NCBI GenBank assembly: GCA_963521405.1
Contig: CAUQUY010000001.1
Coordinates: 58,938 to 122,937 of the forward strand
Reading direction: 5' to 3'
Source: an uncultured Streptococcus sp.
GTDB lineage: Bacteria > Bacillota > Bacilli > Lactobacillales > Aerococcaceae
Length of the DNA: 64,000 nucleotides
The notes below the pieces were generated by a model. It searched no databases and was not told where the DNA came from. It was given only the letters and a program-made list of their open reading frames with translations. A program made the translations under genes and the position numbers. Below, in pieces: positions 28,419-37,532 of this stretch (positions are counted from its first letter, which is position 1; each line of letters opens with the position of its first letter).

Positions 28419-30629
28419 TTATGCTTTCCAGCGTTTTAATCTTAGGGCGTTGAGGACAACGGATACGGAACTGAAGAGTGGTCCGCCAAAGAGGTGAAGA
28501 ACTCCCATCGCAAATGGAATTCCGATTACGTTGTAGGCAAATGCCCAAAATAGATTTTCTTTAATATTACGGATGGTTGCACGGCTAAGTTTTAACATCG
28601 CTGGTACATCCATCAAGTCGCTCTTCATTAAGACGGCGTCTGCAGATTCGATGGCTACGTCTGTTCCGGTACCGATTGCGATACCGACTTGTGCTTGTGC
28701 AAGCGCTGGGGCATCATTGATACCATCACCCACCATCGCCACAATATAGCCTTCTTCTTGTAATTTTGAGACATAATTCGCCTTATCTTGCGGTAAAACT
28801 TCACTAAATACGCGGTCAATCCCCACTTCAGCCGCAATCGCTTGTGCAGTTCGTTCGTGGTCTCCTGTCATCATGGCTACTTGAATGCCCATTTCATGTA
28901 GGGTTTGGATGGCACGTGCGCTGCTTTCTTTAACAGTATCCGCTACAACAATCAAACCTTGTACGGCATCGTTATAGCCGATATAGAGTGGTGTTTTTCC
29001 TTGTTCGGCAAAACGGTTCGCTTTTTCGTTCATCGCCTCATCCACAAGACCATTTTCACGCATCCATTTTTCATTACCAAGGAAGACAAGCGTTTCACCC
29101 ACGTGGCCTTTAATCCCAAAACCAGGAATGGCTTCGAAGTTCGTGACTTCATCAAATGCAGCCCCTTGTTCTTTGGCTTTGGCAACAATCGCTTCGCCAA
29201 GAGGGTGTTCGGATGCTACTTCAAGGCTAGCAGCTAGGCGAATGAGGGCATCTGCATCGGTAGAATCGGCAGTGACCACATCTGTGACAACAGGAGTCCC
29301 GTTTGTAATCGTACCTGTTTTGTCGAAAACAACCATATTCACGTGGTTGGCTTCTTCCAACGCTTCCCCACTCTTAAGAAGGATTCCATTTTCGGCCCCT
29401 TTACCAGTCCCAACCATGATAGCAGTTGGTGTCGCAAGCCCTAACGCACATGGGCAGGCAATGACGAGCACTGAGATGGTAATCGTGAGGGCAAATACCC
29501 ATGATTCTTGTCCAAGGAAATACCAAGCAAGTCCAGAAACAAGAGCCAAGACGATTACGATTGGAACGAATACTCCAGAAACCTTGTCGGCCAGTTTGGC
29601 AATCGGTGCTTTGGATCCTTGTGCTTGTTCGACTAACTGAATGATTTGAGAGAGAGCTGTGTCTTTCCCGATTTTTGTCGCTTTTAGAATGAAGGAACCT
29701 GTCTTGTTTAAACTTGCCCCAATCACTTCATCGCCAACTGATTTCGATACTGGAATACTTTCCCCTGTTAACATCGATTCATCAACGGTTGAGTTTCCTT
29801 CTGTCACGACGCCATCGACTGGAACTTTTTCACCCGGTTTGACACGAATGAGGTCGCCCACTTGCACTTCTTCTACAGGAATTTCTACTTCTTGTCCGTC
29901 GCGTAAAACAGTCGCCATTTTAGGAGCAAGGCCTACGAGCGTTTGAATTGCCATGGATGTTTTCCCTTTTGACACGGCTTCGAAGTATTTTCCAAGTGTG
30001 ATTAAGGTTAAAATAACGCCGGCTGATTCGTAGTAAAGGTTCATCGCAAAATGCGCGTGCCCTTCTAATACGTGGTACGTTCCGTAGAGACTATACAGGA
30101 ACGCAGCGCTTGTTCCAAGCGCGACTAAGCTGTCCATGTTCGGATGTCCTTTTGACAAGGCCTTAAATCCATCCACGAAGAAACGACGTCCAAGCCAGAT
30201 AATTGGGAGAACGAGCGCCAATTGAATCAACGCATAGCTCACAGGGCTTTGCATTGGGCTTAGAAAGGCTGGCATTGGAATTCCAACCATATCGGCCATT
30301 GCGATAAAGAGAAGTGGCACGGCGAAAATCGCTGAAATGGTTAGGTTTCGCTTCATTTCTCTTAAGTGCGCTTCTTTCTTTTCGTTCTTTTCTTCGAGTT
30401 CTTCTTCCACTGATTTGCCACGAGGACGAGCGCTGTATCCCACACCATCGACCACTTTGGCGATGTCTTCAGGGGTCACGCTATCGTTTGCTTCAACGGT
30501 CATGATCTCGGTTGCCAAGTTAACGCTAGCTTTATCAACGCCAGGCATTTTGCTGACGGCATTCTCAATCGTCATGGCACATGAAGCACAACTCATTCCT
30601 TCAATAATGTACTCTTTTTGTTTGCTCAT
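28419..30629 (-). CDS. copA: copper-translocating P1B-type ATPase
   Basis: ORF track 28419..30638, ATG at 30629. N-terminal HMA (GMSCASCA), CPC in the membrane domain, [15 protein letters not shown] and YN in the penultimate helix. The final helix looks shortened (see findings). Confidence 0.9.
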   Translation of the reverse strand: MSKQKEYIIEGMSCASCAMTIENAVSKMPGVDKASVNLATEIMTVEANDSVTPEDIAKVVDGVGYSARPRGKSVEEELEEKNEKKEAHLREMKRNLTISAIFAVPLLFIAMADMVGIPMPAFLSPMQSPVSYALIQLALVLPIIWLGRRFFVDGFKALSKGHPNMDSLVALGTSAAFLYSLYGTYHVLEGHAHFAMNLYYESAGVILTLITLGKYFEAVSKGKTSMAIQTLVGLAPKMATVLRDGQEVEIPVEEVQVGDLIRVKPGEKVPVDGVVTEGNSTVDESMLTGESIPVSKSVGDEVIGASLNKTGSFILKATKIGKDTALSQIIQLVEQAQGSKAPIAKLADKVSGVFVPIVIVLALVSGLAWYFLGQESWVFALTITISVLVIACPCALGLATPTAIMVGTGKGAENGILLKSGEALEEANHVNMVVFDKTGTITNGTPVVTDVVTADSTDADALIRLAASLEVASEHPLGEAIVAKAKEQGAAFDEVTNFEAIPGFGIKGHVGETLVFLGNEKWMRENGLVDEAMNEKANRFAEQGKTPLYIGYNDAVQGLIVVADTVKESSARAIQTLHEMGIQVAMMTGDHERTAQAIAAEVGIDRVFSEVLPQDKANYVSKLQEEGYIVAMVGDGINDAPALAQAQVGIAIGTGTDVAIESADAVLMKSDLMDVPAMLKLSRATIRNIKENLFWAFAYNVIGIPFAMGVLHLFGGPLFSSVSVVLNALRLKRWKA

Positions 30630-30648
30630 TACTTTCACCGCTTTCGTT

Positions 30649-30699
30649 TACATTTGTAATTTACACTGTTAGTTTACACCAGCAATTTACAAATGTCAA
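30649..30699 (-). promoter_or_regulatory. copA promoter with two CopY-type cop boxes (TACAnnTGTA)
   Basis: The reverse strand carries TTGACA (30699-94), a 17-nt spacer and TAAACT (30676-71). A perfect TACAAATGTA box sits at 30649-58 and a near-perfect GACATTTGTA box at 30688-97, overlapping the -35. Confidence 0.7.
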
Positions 30700-30726
30700 C
30701 AAGAAAGCTTAAAAAAATTTTTTGAA

Positions 30727-30765
30727 TAAAAAACTCAAGCCAACAACGATTCTGCCAGCTTGAGT
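30727..30765 (-). terminator. rho-independent terminator after the DUF2185-like gene
   Basis: The reverse strand reads ACTCAAGCTGGCAGAATCGTTGTTGGCTTGAGT followed by TTTTTAT. Confidence 0.7.
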
Positions 30766-30780
30766 TTTGGGATAGTCTAT

Positions 30781-31125
30781 TCAATTTGCTAAAGATAAAA
30801 TTTCTTCTATCGTAGTTTCTCTCTCTTCGACTAAATCGTAAAAGCCAACATGAACACCTTTTTCATATAGCCAACATAAGTCTGTTCCATACGGTGCTTC
30901 GAAAATCTCAAGCATTACTGGAGCAATCTCATAAATTGAATCAGCTCCTAGAATTTTGAAATTAGCTGCATCTGAAAGATACTCTTCATCATCTTCAATG
31001 GATAGTAGATTCCATCCATTCAATGGTGGGGTTATAGATTGATCACGAAAAGTATATCGAATCGGCTTGCCCTCAAGAATATTGTTCGAAACAATAAAAC
31101 CACCAAAATCACTATTATTAATCAT
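30781..31125 (-). CDS. DUF2185 / Imm33-like immunity-type protein (tentative)
   Basis: 114-aa acidic cytoplasmic protein. The pattern FIVSNNILEGKPIRYTFRD....NGWNLLSIEDDEEYLSDAANFKI resembles Imm33/DUF2185 as I remember it. Confidence 0.45.
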   Translation of the reverse strand: MINNSDFGGFIVSNNILEGKPIRYTFRDQSITPPLNGWNLLSIEDDEEYLSDAANFKILGADSIYEIAPVMLEIFEAPYGTDLCWLYEKGVHVGFYDLVEERETTIEEILSLAN

Positions 31126-31178
31126 TGTACGCCTCCATTCAATAAGGAATTAACAACATTGATCAAAAATGAAGTTGA

Positions 31179-31358
31179 TTAACCTCTTAATTTGCCGTTT
31201 TGGCCAAGGTTTTCGGCTTTAATTTCTTGAATAATGATATGAATATGTTCTGTTGGAGCGCCAGTGTGTTTAGAGACCACTTCTGTCACTTCTTTGACAA
31301 GGGCTTCTTTTTGTTCACGGCTTCTTCCTTCGATCATTTCAACATGAATAAATGGCAT
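31179..31358 (-). CDS. 4-oxalocrotonate tautomerase-family enzyme (59 aa; below the ORF-track cut-off)
   Basis: ATG at 31358 with a GGAGGCA RBS. The translation is MPFIHVEMIEGRSREQKEALVKEVTEVVSKHTGAPTEHIHIIIQEIKAENLGQNGKLRG, with the catalytic Pro2 and the typical 4-OT fold sequence. Confidence 0.8.
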   Translation of the reverse strand: MPFIHVEMIEGRSREQKEALVKEVTEVVSKHTGAPTEHIHIIIQEIKAENLGQNGKLRG

Positions 31359-31439
31359 GGTTGTGCCTCCCTTCGCTTAAACTAGTTTATATAGTTGCTC
31401 TTTGGTTCTATTCTACTCCTAATTGGGTGGAAATACTAG

Positions 31440-31712
31440 GTGTGGTGCTGGAAATGCCTCACACCCTGTATAGTTGAACTCGGGCTCACAGGACTGACGT
31501 CCACTTCCCAAACCATACGCACATCGTTTTTAACGATGCTTGCGTTGGTTTGGTCCAGTGGTTCAGTCCTGAGCGTTCGCCCTCATATCCTGTTTTAGTC
31601 GGGTTCGGCTTCGCAGAAATGGCGTGCGTTTCCCCAAACGTACGCACGACTCGTTCCGAGTCCTTTGCGTCGTTCGGGTCCAACGTTCCATTTCTGAGCG
31701 CGAAGCCTCACA
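31440..31712. repeat. type-2 mosaic intergenic repeat array, locus a (inverted orientation; overlaps the folT stop codon)
   Basis: Its reverse complement contains TAGGGTGTGAGGC-TTCGCGCTCAGAAATGGAACGTTGGAC...GAAACGCACGCCATTTCTGCGA...CAGGGTGTGAGGC. The same modules occur at 35.9, 38.5, 39.8 and 48.4 kb. Confidence 0.8.
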
Positions 31713-32247
31713 CCCTATATTTCTCTATTAAAATTTTCATGGTTTTGTTTGAAAAGAGCACGGTGAGGATGGCGGTATTCAATGGGAGCGAGATCATATT
31801 TTTCAGGATTCGCAGTGGCATAAAGGCGGCGAAGGCTTTTTGCGTCATCATATACACCCAGATTGAATTCAGTCCGAGGTTACAGAAGATGGTGACGAGT
31901 AATACTGTCATAAAGATTTGTTCCCATCTGAGTGGTCTCTTATATAAGAAGTATCCGTAGATGAGTCCTCCGACAAGGGCTGTGAATGTGTATCCGATGA
32001 AGAATTGTCCACTCTCTCCACGGAAGAAGTTTCCGAGGATATCGACTAGGATTCCCACAAGTGCTGCACGCCATGGTCCCAGCATCACCCCTGCGATAGC
32101 TGCTCCGATAAACCCAAAGCCGATTTGTACGTAGAGGCCGAATTTAATTGCCGGCAACATTTCCATCACAAGACGAATGGCTACGACCATCGCCATCACT
32201 GTAATATCCAGTGTTCTTTTTCGATTGTATTTCTTTGTATTTTCCAT
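31708..32247 (-). CDS. folT: folate-family ECF transporter S component
   Basis: ORF track 31708..32283, trimmed to MENTKKYN at 32247 (AAGGAG RBS). Multi-TM S-component preceded by a THF riboswitch. Confidence 0.8.
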   Translation of the reverse strand: MENTKKYNRKRTLDITVMAMVVAIRLVMEMLPAIKFGLYVQIGFGFIGAAIAGVMLGPWRAALVGILVDILGNFFRGESGQFFIGYTFTALVGGLIYGYFLYKRPLRWEQIFMTVLLVTIFCNLGLNSIWVYMMTQKAFAAFMPLRILKNMISLPLNTAILTVLFSNKTMKILIEKYRV

Positions 32248-32313
32248 ATTAGCATCTCCTTTAATTGTAAAGAGTTGCTCCATTTAACTACTTCTATTTC
32301 TAGTGTTGTTTAA

Positions 32314-32412
32314 ATGCAGCGAATGCGACTAAATTACCGCAATGTTTCCATTTTCGTCCCAGTGGCAACATTCCATCCGCCGGGCACTTAACGCAATAAA
32401 GTCTACTCTGAT
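32314..32412 (-). promoter_or_regulatory. THF (tetrahydrofolate) riboswitch
   Basis: The reverse strand reads CAGAGUAGACUUUAUUGCGUUAAGUGCCCGGCGGAUGGAAUGUUGCCACUGGGACGAAAAUGGAAACAUUGCGGUAAUUUAGUCGCAUUCGCUG. It carries the conserved THF-I blocks AGAGUAG, GCGUUAAGUG, GGGACG and CGCAUUCGCUG, upstream of folT. Confidence 0.8.
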
Positions 32413-32678
32413 TTTAGGTTCTAGAAAATTTAGTTCCTACTTTCCATGAATCTCCTTTCTTACTCTTGGTTAGAATACCTGTCCTTTCTTGGGACGTCAA
32501 GCAAACTATATTTTTATGCTTTTGAAGGGGCCAAACCTGAATGAAAACTTGCTTCCAATAATTTTCATAACTATTATTAAATATTTCACTTAAAATTTAT
32601 ATAATGGTTAAGATTGATACCGTTTTCGCTAACGTGTATAATATTAATAACTCTCTTTACAAATAGAAAGGTTAGACA

Positions 32679-33527
32679 ATGAGCAATGAACGTTATTTAA
32701 TGATGGAATCCGATATTAAGAGCTTATCGTTTCAACTGGAATCCATCACAAAATCTAAATATGACAGCGACTGGCATAGTACGCTCCATACGCACCCTTT
32801 TACGGAATTATTTTACGTTGTAGACGGAAAAGGCGAGTTTAATATTCAAGGCCAACGTTTTCCTGTAAAAGCAAACGACTTTGTCATTATCAATCCGCAG
32901 GTAGAACATACAGAATTATCTTCTCCAGATGAACCGCTGGAATATATTGTATTAGGCATTAAGGGGCTCTCTTTCTCAAACTTAACACCTGTCTCAGAAG
33001 GTGGACATCCATTTTCATTCTTCAACTTGCGAGATGAGCAAAAAGACATCTTGCGTTATTTGAATGCGATGGTACAAGAGGCCACTTCCCAATCGATGAG
33101 CTACGAATTAGTGTGCCATAACTTATTAGAAATCTTATTAATCAAAATCTTACGTCACCAACACTTCGATCTTGAAGTCGGCAAACAAAGCAAGGCGACA
33201 AAGGATATTTCGTTTATCAAGCACTACTTAGAAACGTACTATCACGAAAGTATTCAGCTAGAAGACCTCGCTTCGATGACGCACTTGAGCCGTTTCTATA
33301 TTTCACACAGCTTTAAGAAAGAAATCGGTATGTCTCCGATGGAATATTTGATTGCTATCCGGATTAAAGAAAGCAAGATTTTACTACGAACAACGAATTA
33401 CTCGATTTCTCAAGTGGCGGATATTGTTGGGTTCACCACTCCAACGTATTTCTCAAAACAATTCCGTAAGAGTACAGGGATTTCGCCAACGGATTATCGG
33501 GAACAATATCAAGGAGTTCAGAAATGA
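32679..33527 (+). CDS. AraC-family transcriptional regulator (cupin + HTH)
   Basis: 282 aa. N-terminal cupin (HTHPFTELFYVVDGKGEF) and a C-terminal AraC HTH (ISQVADIVGFTTPTYFSKQFRKSTGISPTDYR). Confidence 0.88.
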   Translation: MSNERYLMMESDIKSLSFQLESITKSKYDSDWHSTLHTHPFTELFYVVDGKGEFNIQGQRFPVKANDFVIINPQVEHTELSSPDEPLEYIVLGIKGLSFSNLTPVSEGGHPFSFFNLRDEQKDILRYLNAMVQEATSQSMSYELVCHNLLEILLIKILRHQHFDLEVGKQSKATKDISFIKHYLETYYHESIQLEDLASMTHLSRFYISHSFKKEIGMSPMEYLIAIRIKESKILLRTTNYSISQVADIVGFTTPTYFSKQFRKSTGISPTDYREQYQGVQK

Positions 33528-34087
33528 TTCGACAACCTAAGCGCGATGAACGACGACAAATCATCCCTCTGATCGAACTAATTATGCAAGACATGGAACT
33601 GCCGATTCTGGAACACACGAGCTCGGAAATGCTCTACGCGATGCTAGAAGAAGCCATGCTCGACGATCAGTTTCGCTACGGACTTAAGAACACCCTCGTC
33701 TATATTCATGAAGGAAAAGTCGCCGGGGCCATCTTTGGCTACGACGGACACTTAGAAGACGCGATTGACGACCCGTTCCACCGATTGTACGAGGATTACA
33801 ATACCCCGCATCAAATTCCGCTCTACGAGGATAAGGAAACGATGCCTGGTGAATGGTACATCGATATATTAGCGGTCTATCCCGAATATCGTCGTCTTGG
33901 AATCGGCCGTAAATTATTGGTCGAAGTAGAAAACTTAGCACGCCAACAAGGGGCTACAAAAATCGCCCTCAACTGCGAGAAGGACAATACGAAGGCCTAT
34001 CAATTATACGAAAAACTAGGCTACACGCCTGAGAGTGAACGCATCTTAAGCGGTCATCCGTATTACCATATGACGAAAACCTTATAA
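33524..34087 (+). CDS. GNAT-family N-acetyltransferase
   Basis: 187 aa with the acetyl-CoA motif YRRLGIGRKLL. Overlaps the araC-like stop by 4 nt. Confidence 0.85.
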   Translation: MIRQPKRDERRQIIPLIELIMQDMELPILEHTSSEMLYAMLEEAMLDDQFRYGLKNTLVYIHEGKVAGAIFGYDGHLEDAIDDPFHRLYEDYNTPHQIPLYEDKETMPGEWYIDILAVYPEYRRLGIGRKLLVEVENLARQQGATKIALNCEKDNTKAYQLYEKLGYTPESERILSGHPYYHMTKTL

Positions 34088-34171
34088 AAAATCCCACTTT
34101 GGACAAAATCGTTCAAAGAGAGAATTGTTAAAATGTAACTTATATGTTACATTTTGCTTTTTTACAAAACG

Positions 34172-34206
34172 AAAAAGAGACTCGAAATTTCGAGTCTCTT
34201 ATTTTT
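34172..34206. terminator. bidirectional terminator hairpin
   Basis: AAAAAGAGACTCGAAATTTCGAGTCTCTTATTTTT. Confidence 0.8.
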
Positions 34207-34216
34207 GCTTCTATGA

Positions 34217-35839
34217 TTATTTTACAGAGGCTTGACGGAGGTTGATTGTACGTCCGAATGGAAGTACTTCGAATCCGTCTACGTTTTCAGCAAGTAAGTA
34301 GCTTTGGCTTGCTTGGTAGATTGGAGCGATAGCCACATCATCCATCACGATTTTTTCAGCCGCAATCATTTGTTTGTAACGTTCTGCTGGCTTCGTTGCG
34401 TATGTTGTTTTCACTTCAGCAACGGCTTTATCGTAGGCTTCGCTTGAGTAGTTCCCGAAGTTGATTCCTCCACCTGTTACGTATTGTTCTAAGAAGTTTA
34501 CTGGATCTTGATAGTCAGGTGCCCATGTTCCGAAGAAGAAGTCGAAATCATCTGCACGTTGTAATTCAAGACGGTTTTTCAATGGCACTGATTTAATGTT
34601 CAATGTCACGCCTGGTAAGTTCTTTTGGATTTGCGCTTGTAAATATTCGCCAACCACTTTCGCACTACCTGCATCTGACGTTAATAAGGTCACTTCGATT
34701 GTGTCCATCCCTAATTCTTGTTTAGCAAGTGCTAATTCTTTTTGCGCTTCTTCGACATTGTAGGTGAGTAAGTCGCCACGGTCTTCCACATAATCTTTCC
34801 CCGTTTCTGGGTTTTCAGCAAATCCCTTTGGAACAAGACCATTTGAAACGATTGAGCCGTCTTTTAACACGTTGTTTACAAGAGCCGCTTTATCGTAAGC
34901 CATCGCAATCGCACGACGGAAGTGTTTGTTCCCTGTGATTTTGCGTTCTACGTTGAAATTCATGTACCCCATTGTTGCTTTTGGAATAGCGTGATACGTT
35001 GGTTGCGTTTTATATTGATCGACGAATTGTTCGCTGATTGTTGTGTATTGGACTTGTTTTCCGTCAAATAATTGAACAGAAGTCGCTACTTCTTTCGATA
35101 CATTCACAGTAACGTTTTGTAATTGAACGTTTGCTGCATCCCAGTAACCGTCGTTCTTCACAAGTTTCCAAGAAAGTTCAGAACCTGTCCATCCTTCTAA
35201 TTTGAACGGTCCGTTTGTCACGATTGAATCTGCTGAAGAACCGTATCCTTCGCCTTTTTCTTTCGCCACTTTTTCAGATTGTGGTAAGAAACGTGACCCT
35301 GTTAATAATTTTGGTAAATATGGAGCAGGATTTTCAAGCGTGATTTCTAATGTTTTATCATCAATCGCTTTAACCCCTAATTCTTCTGTCGATAATTCGC
35401 CTGAACGAATTTTCTTCGCGTTTTTGAACACATCAGCCGATTGCGCCACGTGTCCTTCTTTAGGGTCTACTAATTTACGGTAAGTGTACACGAAGTCGCC
35501 TGCTGTTACAGGAGTTCCGTCAGACCATTTTGCATCACGTAATTTAAACGTATATACAAGGCCGTCCGCACTCACAGTTGGCTCTTCTGCTGCCATTCCT
35601 AATTCAACTTTATTGTCTTTAGTGACACGATATAATCCTTCAAAAATTTGCCCTAACATATCTGAGCTCGGAACATCATCGTAGTCCGCGCTATCTAATG
35701 TTGCTAACTCTCCGAATGTTGTAATTGTTAAACTTTGTTGATTACCTGATGTCGATGTCGATGTTGAATTGCCACCACATGCAGCCAAACCTAACGAAAC
35801 AAGTAGTGTAGTCATTAATAATTTGGTTGATTTTTTCAT
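34217..35839 (-). CDS. peptide ABC transporter substrate-binding lipoprotein (OppA/family 5 SBP), orphan
   Basis: 540 aa with the lipobox LGLAAC and SBP_bac_5-type sequence. No permease or ATPase genes are adjacent. Confidence 0.85.
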   Translation of the reverse strand: MKKSTKLLMTTLLVSLGLAACGGNSTSTSTSGNQQSLTITTFGELATLDSADYDDVPSSDMLGQIFEGLYRVTKDNKVELGMAAEEPTVSADGLVYTFKLRDAKWSDGTPVTAGDFVYTYRKLVDPKEGHVAQSADVFKNAKKIRSGELSTEELGVKAIDDKTLEITLENPAPYLPKLLTGSRFLPQSEKVAKEKGEGYGSSADSIVTNGPFKLEGWTGSELSWKLVKNDGYWDAANVQLQNVTVNVSKEVATSVQLFDGKQVQYTTISEQFVDQYKTQPTYHAIPKATMGYMNFNVERKITGNKHFRRAIAMAYDKAALVNNVLKDGSIVSNGLVPKGFAENPETGKDYVEDRGDLLTYNVEEAQKELALAKQELGMDTIEVTLLTSDAGSAKVVGEYLQAQIQKNLPGVTLNIKSVPLKNRLELQRADDFDFFFGTWAPDYQDPVNFLEQYVTGGGINFGNYSSEAYDKAVAEVKTTYATKPAERYKQMIAAEKIVMDDVAIAPIYQASQSYLLAENVDGFEVLPFGRTINLRQASVK

Positions 35840-35924
35840 AACAATTCTCCTTTGCTGGTATAATCCATCGCCTATGCGATAGATACATCATAGCATGGAT
35901 ACCCAAACCACCAAAATTTAATGC

Positions 35925-36175
35925 CTAGGATATACAAGGATGCGAGACATCGCGCTCAGAAATGGAACGTTGGACTCGAACGCCGGAAGGAACGTGAAAC
36001 GTTCTGCGGACGTTTGAGGAAACGCACGCCATTTCTGCGATGGCGAGCTCAACTACAGGATGTGAGACAAAAAAGTCAACCACTGCGAAGAGCGCTCAGA
36101 AATGGAACGTTGGACCGGAACACCGGAAGGAACGTGAAACATTCTGCAAAATCCTTCACAGTGCGAAGGATTTGG
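35925..36175. repeat. type-2 mosaic intergenic repeat array, locus b
   Basis: Two units of AGGATG(C/T)GAGAC...GCGCTCAGAAATGGAACGTTGGAC(T/C)(C/G)GAAC(G/A)CCGGAAGGAACGTGAAAC(G/A)TTCTGC. The first continues GGACGTTTGAGGAAACGCACGCCATTTCTGCGATGGCGAGCTCAACTAC. The second ends in the hairpin AAATCCTTCACAGTGCGAAGGATTT. Confidence 0.85.
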
Positions 36176-36333
36176 GTGTGGGCATTACAATTTGCATAAA
36201 AGTATAAATCCCATAAGACATTGCCATATACATTTTTTAAGTTTCGATTCTTACCTCGAGGACCCAACTCCCCCCTTGCCTTTCTCTTCCATCTCCATTA
36301 CCATAGAACTAACAAGAAAAAGGAGTTTTTCAT

Positions 36334-37368
36334 ATGCACAAGAATCGTGTTCGTGGTTATAATAAACGTTTTTATCCCGGGGTGGCCTTAATCGTGGCGG
36401 CTATGCTTTGCCTTGTTTTCGCATTAACAAGACTGAACGTTCCATTATTACAACTACAAAATAAATATTTTAACCTAAAGGACATCACTAAAAATGAAGA
36501 TTCTATCTTAAAGGTCACTGGTATCGACAAGCACTCCGTCCAAAACTCGGACTTTGGAAAATGGTCGCTGTATATCGTCTCTTATTTAGAAAAAGATTCT
36601 CATGGAAACGAAACGACACAATACATCGGGTTAGAATTAGATGAAGAGACCGCCAAACAATTAATCGATAAGAAAAATACCTTAAGAGATCATCCTGAAA
36701 AAGTTGCGGGTACCTTTGTTGAGCCAGAATTTCACGATAAGAAAGTGATGGATTATAGCTATCGTACCCAAGATGCGATGGAAAAATACATCAAAGCCCC
36801 ACTTTCACGTCGTTATCAGAACTATTTATCGATTAAACCAGGAAAGGAAACACAAAAACTATTCCTAATCATCTCTCTCGTCCTCTTCATTCCAGGACTA
36901 GCACTCGTATATTTAGCGGAAAAACATCATCAATTTGCGACGTACTACAATAGTCTATTTGCAGGATATAAGAACACAGAAGCGTTAGTGGAAAGTCATC
37001 CAGAGTTGAAAGGCAAACGTTTATCTACATTATTGAATAAATCCGATTATATCGATGATACCTTAGGAGTGTATATCTATAAAAACTTTTTCTGCTCCAC
37101 TGTAAAAGGCTTAGAGATTTATGATTTAAACAAAACGAAGAGCGTACACCATTTCGAGAAAACATTTTACCCTGAAGAAGGTGGCAGCTTTATGAAGTCG
37201 TACCTTGTGTTCGCAACAAGTGATCCAGACGCCGTGGTTCGAAGTACGAAAGTTCAAATTAAAAATATCGGCGAAGAGACCGATGCACATCTACAGCCAT
37301 TCTTTGACAAATTGCGTCAAGATTTCCCAGCTATTGAGATTGAGGCTAAAAAAGAAAGTAAGAGATAA
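36334..37368 (+). CDS. two-TM membrane protein of unknown function, array paralog 1 (most divergent)
   Basis: 344 aa with an AAGGAG RBS. TM1 is VALIVAAMLCLVFAL and TM2 is LFLIISLVLFIPGLALVYL. The C-terminal blocks YIYKNFF...GLEIYDLNKTK and IKNIGEETDAHLQPFF are shared with paralogs 2-4. Confidence 0.8.
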   Translation: MHKNRVRGYNKRFYPGVALIVAAMLCLVFALTRLNVPLLQLQNKYFNLKDITKNEDSILKVTGIDKHSVQNSDFGKWSLYIVSYLEKDSHGNETTQYIGLELDEETAKQLIDKKNTLRDHPEKVAGTFVEPEFHDKKVMDYSYRTQDAMEKYIKAPLSRRYQNYLSIKPGKETQKLFLIISLVLFIPGLALVYLAEKHHQFATYYNSLFAGYKNTEALVESHPELKGKRLSTLLNKSDYIDDTLGVYIYKNFFCSTVKGLEIYDLNKTKSVHHFEKTFYPEEGGSFMKSYLVFATSDPDAVVRSTKVQIKNIGEETDAHLQPFFDKLRQDFPAIEIEAKKESKR

Positions 37369-37402
37369 GGAGTCCAACAGGATTCCTTATTTTTTTCAAC
37401 AC

Positions 37403-37440
37403 GAAATTATCATATATGATAATTACCATATATGATAATC
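37403..37440. promoter_or_regulatory. palindrome GAAATTATCATATATGATAATT plus an adjacent half-repeat ACCATATATGATAATC, upstream of the paralog-2 promoter
   Basis: A perfect AT-rich inverted repeat. The same sequence AAATTATCATATATGATAATTT forms the loop and top of the terminator at 17615-17636. Confidence 0.35.
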
Positions 37441-37461
37441 TCAGTATTCAAATAAAGTCAC

Positions 37462-37490
37462 TTGCAAAATGCTATTTTCTAGAGTATTAT
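37462..37490 (+). promoter_or_regulatory. putative sigma-A promoter of paralog 2
   Basis: TTGCAA, 17-nt spacer, TATTAT. Confidence 0.55.
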
Positions 37491-37532
37491 AGCTGTATTA
37501 TATATATATTATTGAAAATAGGTTTATATCAT

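Noticed and set aside
29128-29640. 170-aa ORF antisense to copA, plus similar antisense ORFs at 372..908 and 10538..10933
   Set aside because: These are shadow ORFs within strong coding regions on the opposite strand, and no motifs are recognisable.
35925-36175. Type-2 repeat blocks considered as a CRISPR array
   Set aside because: The recurring junction motif is only about 13 nt and the spacing is irregular. The 'spacers' are themselves repeated at other loci. No cas genes or leader are present.
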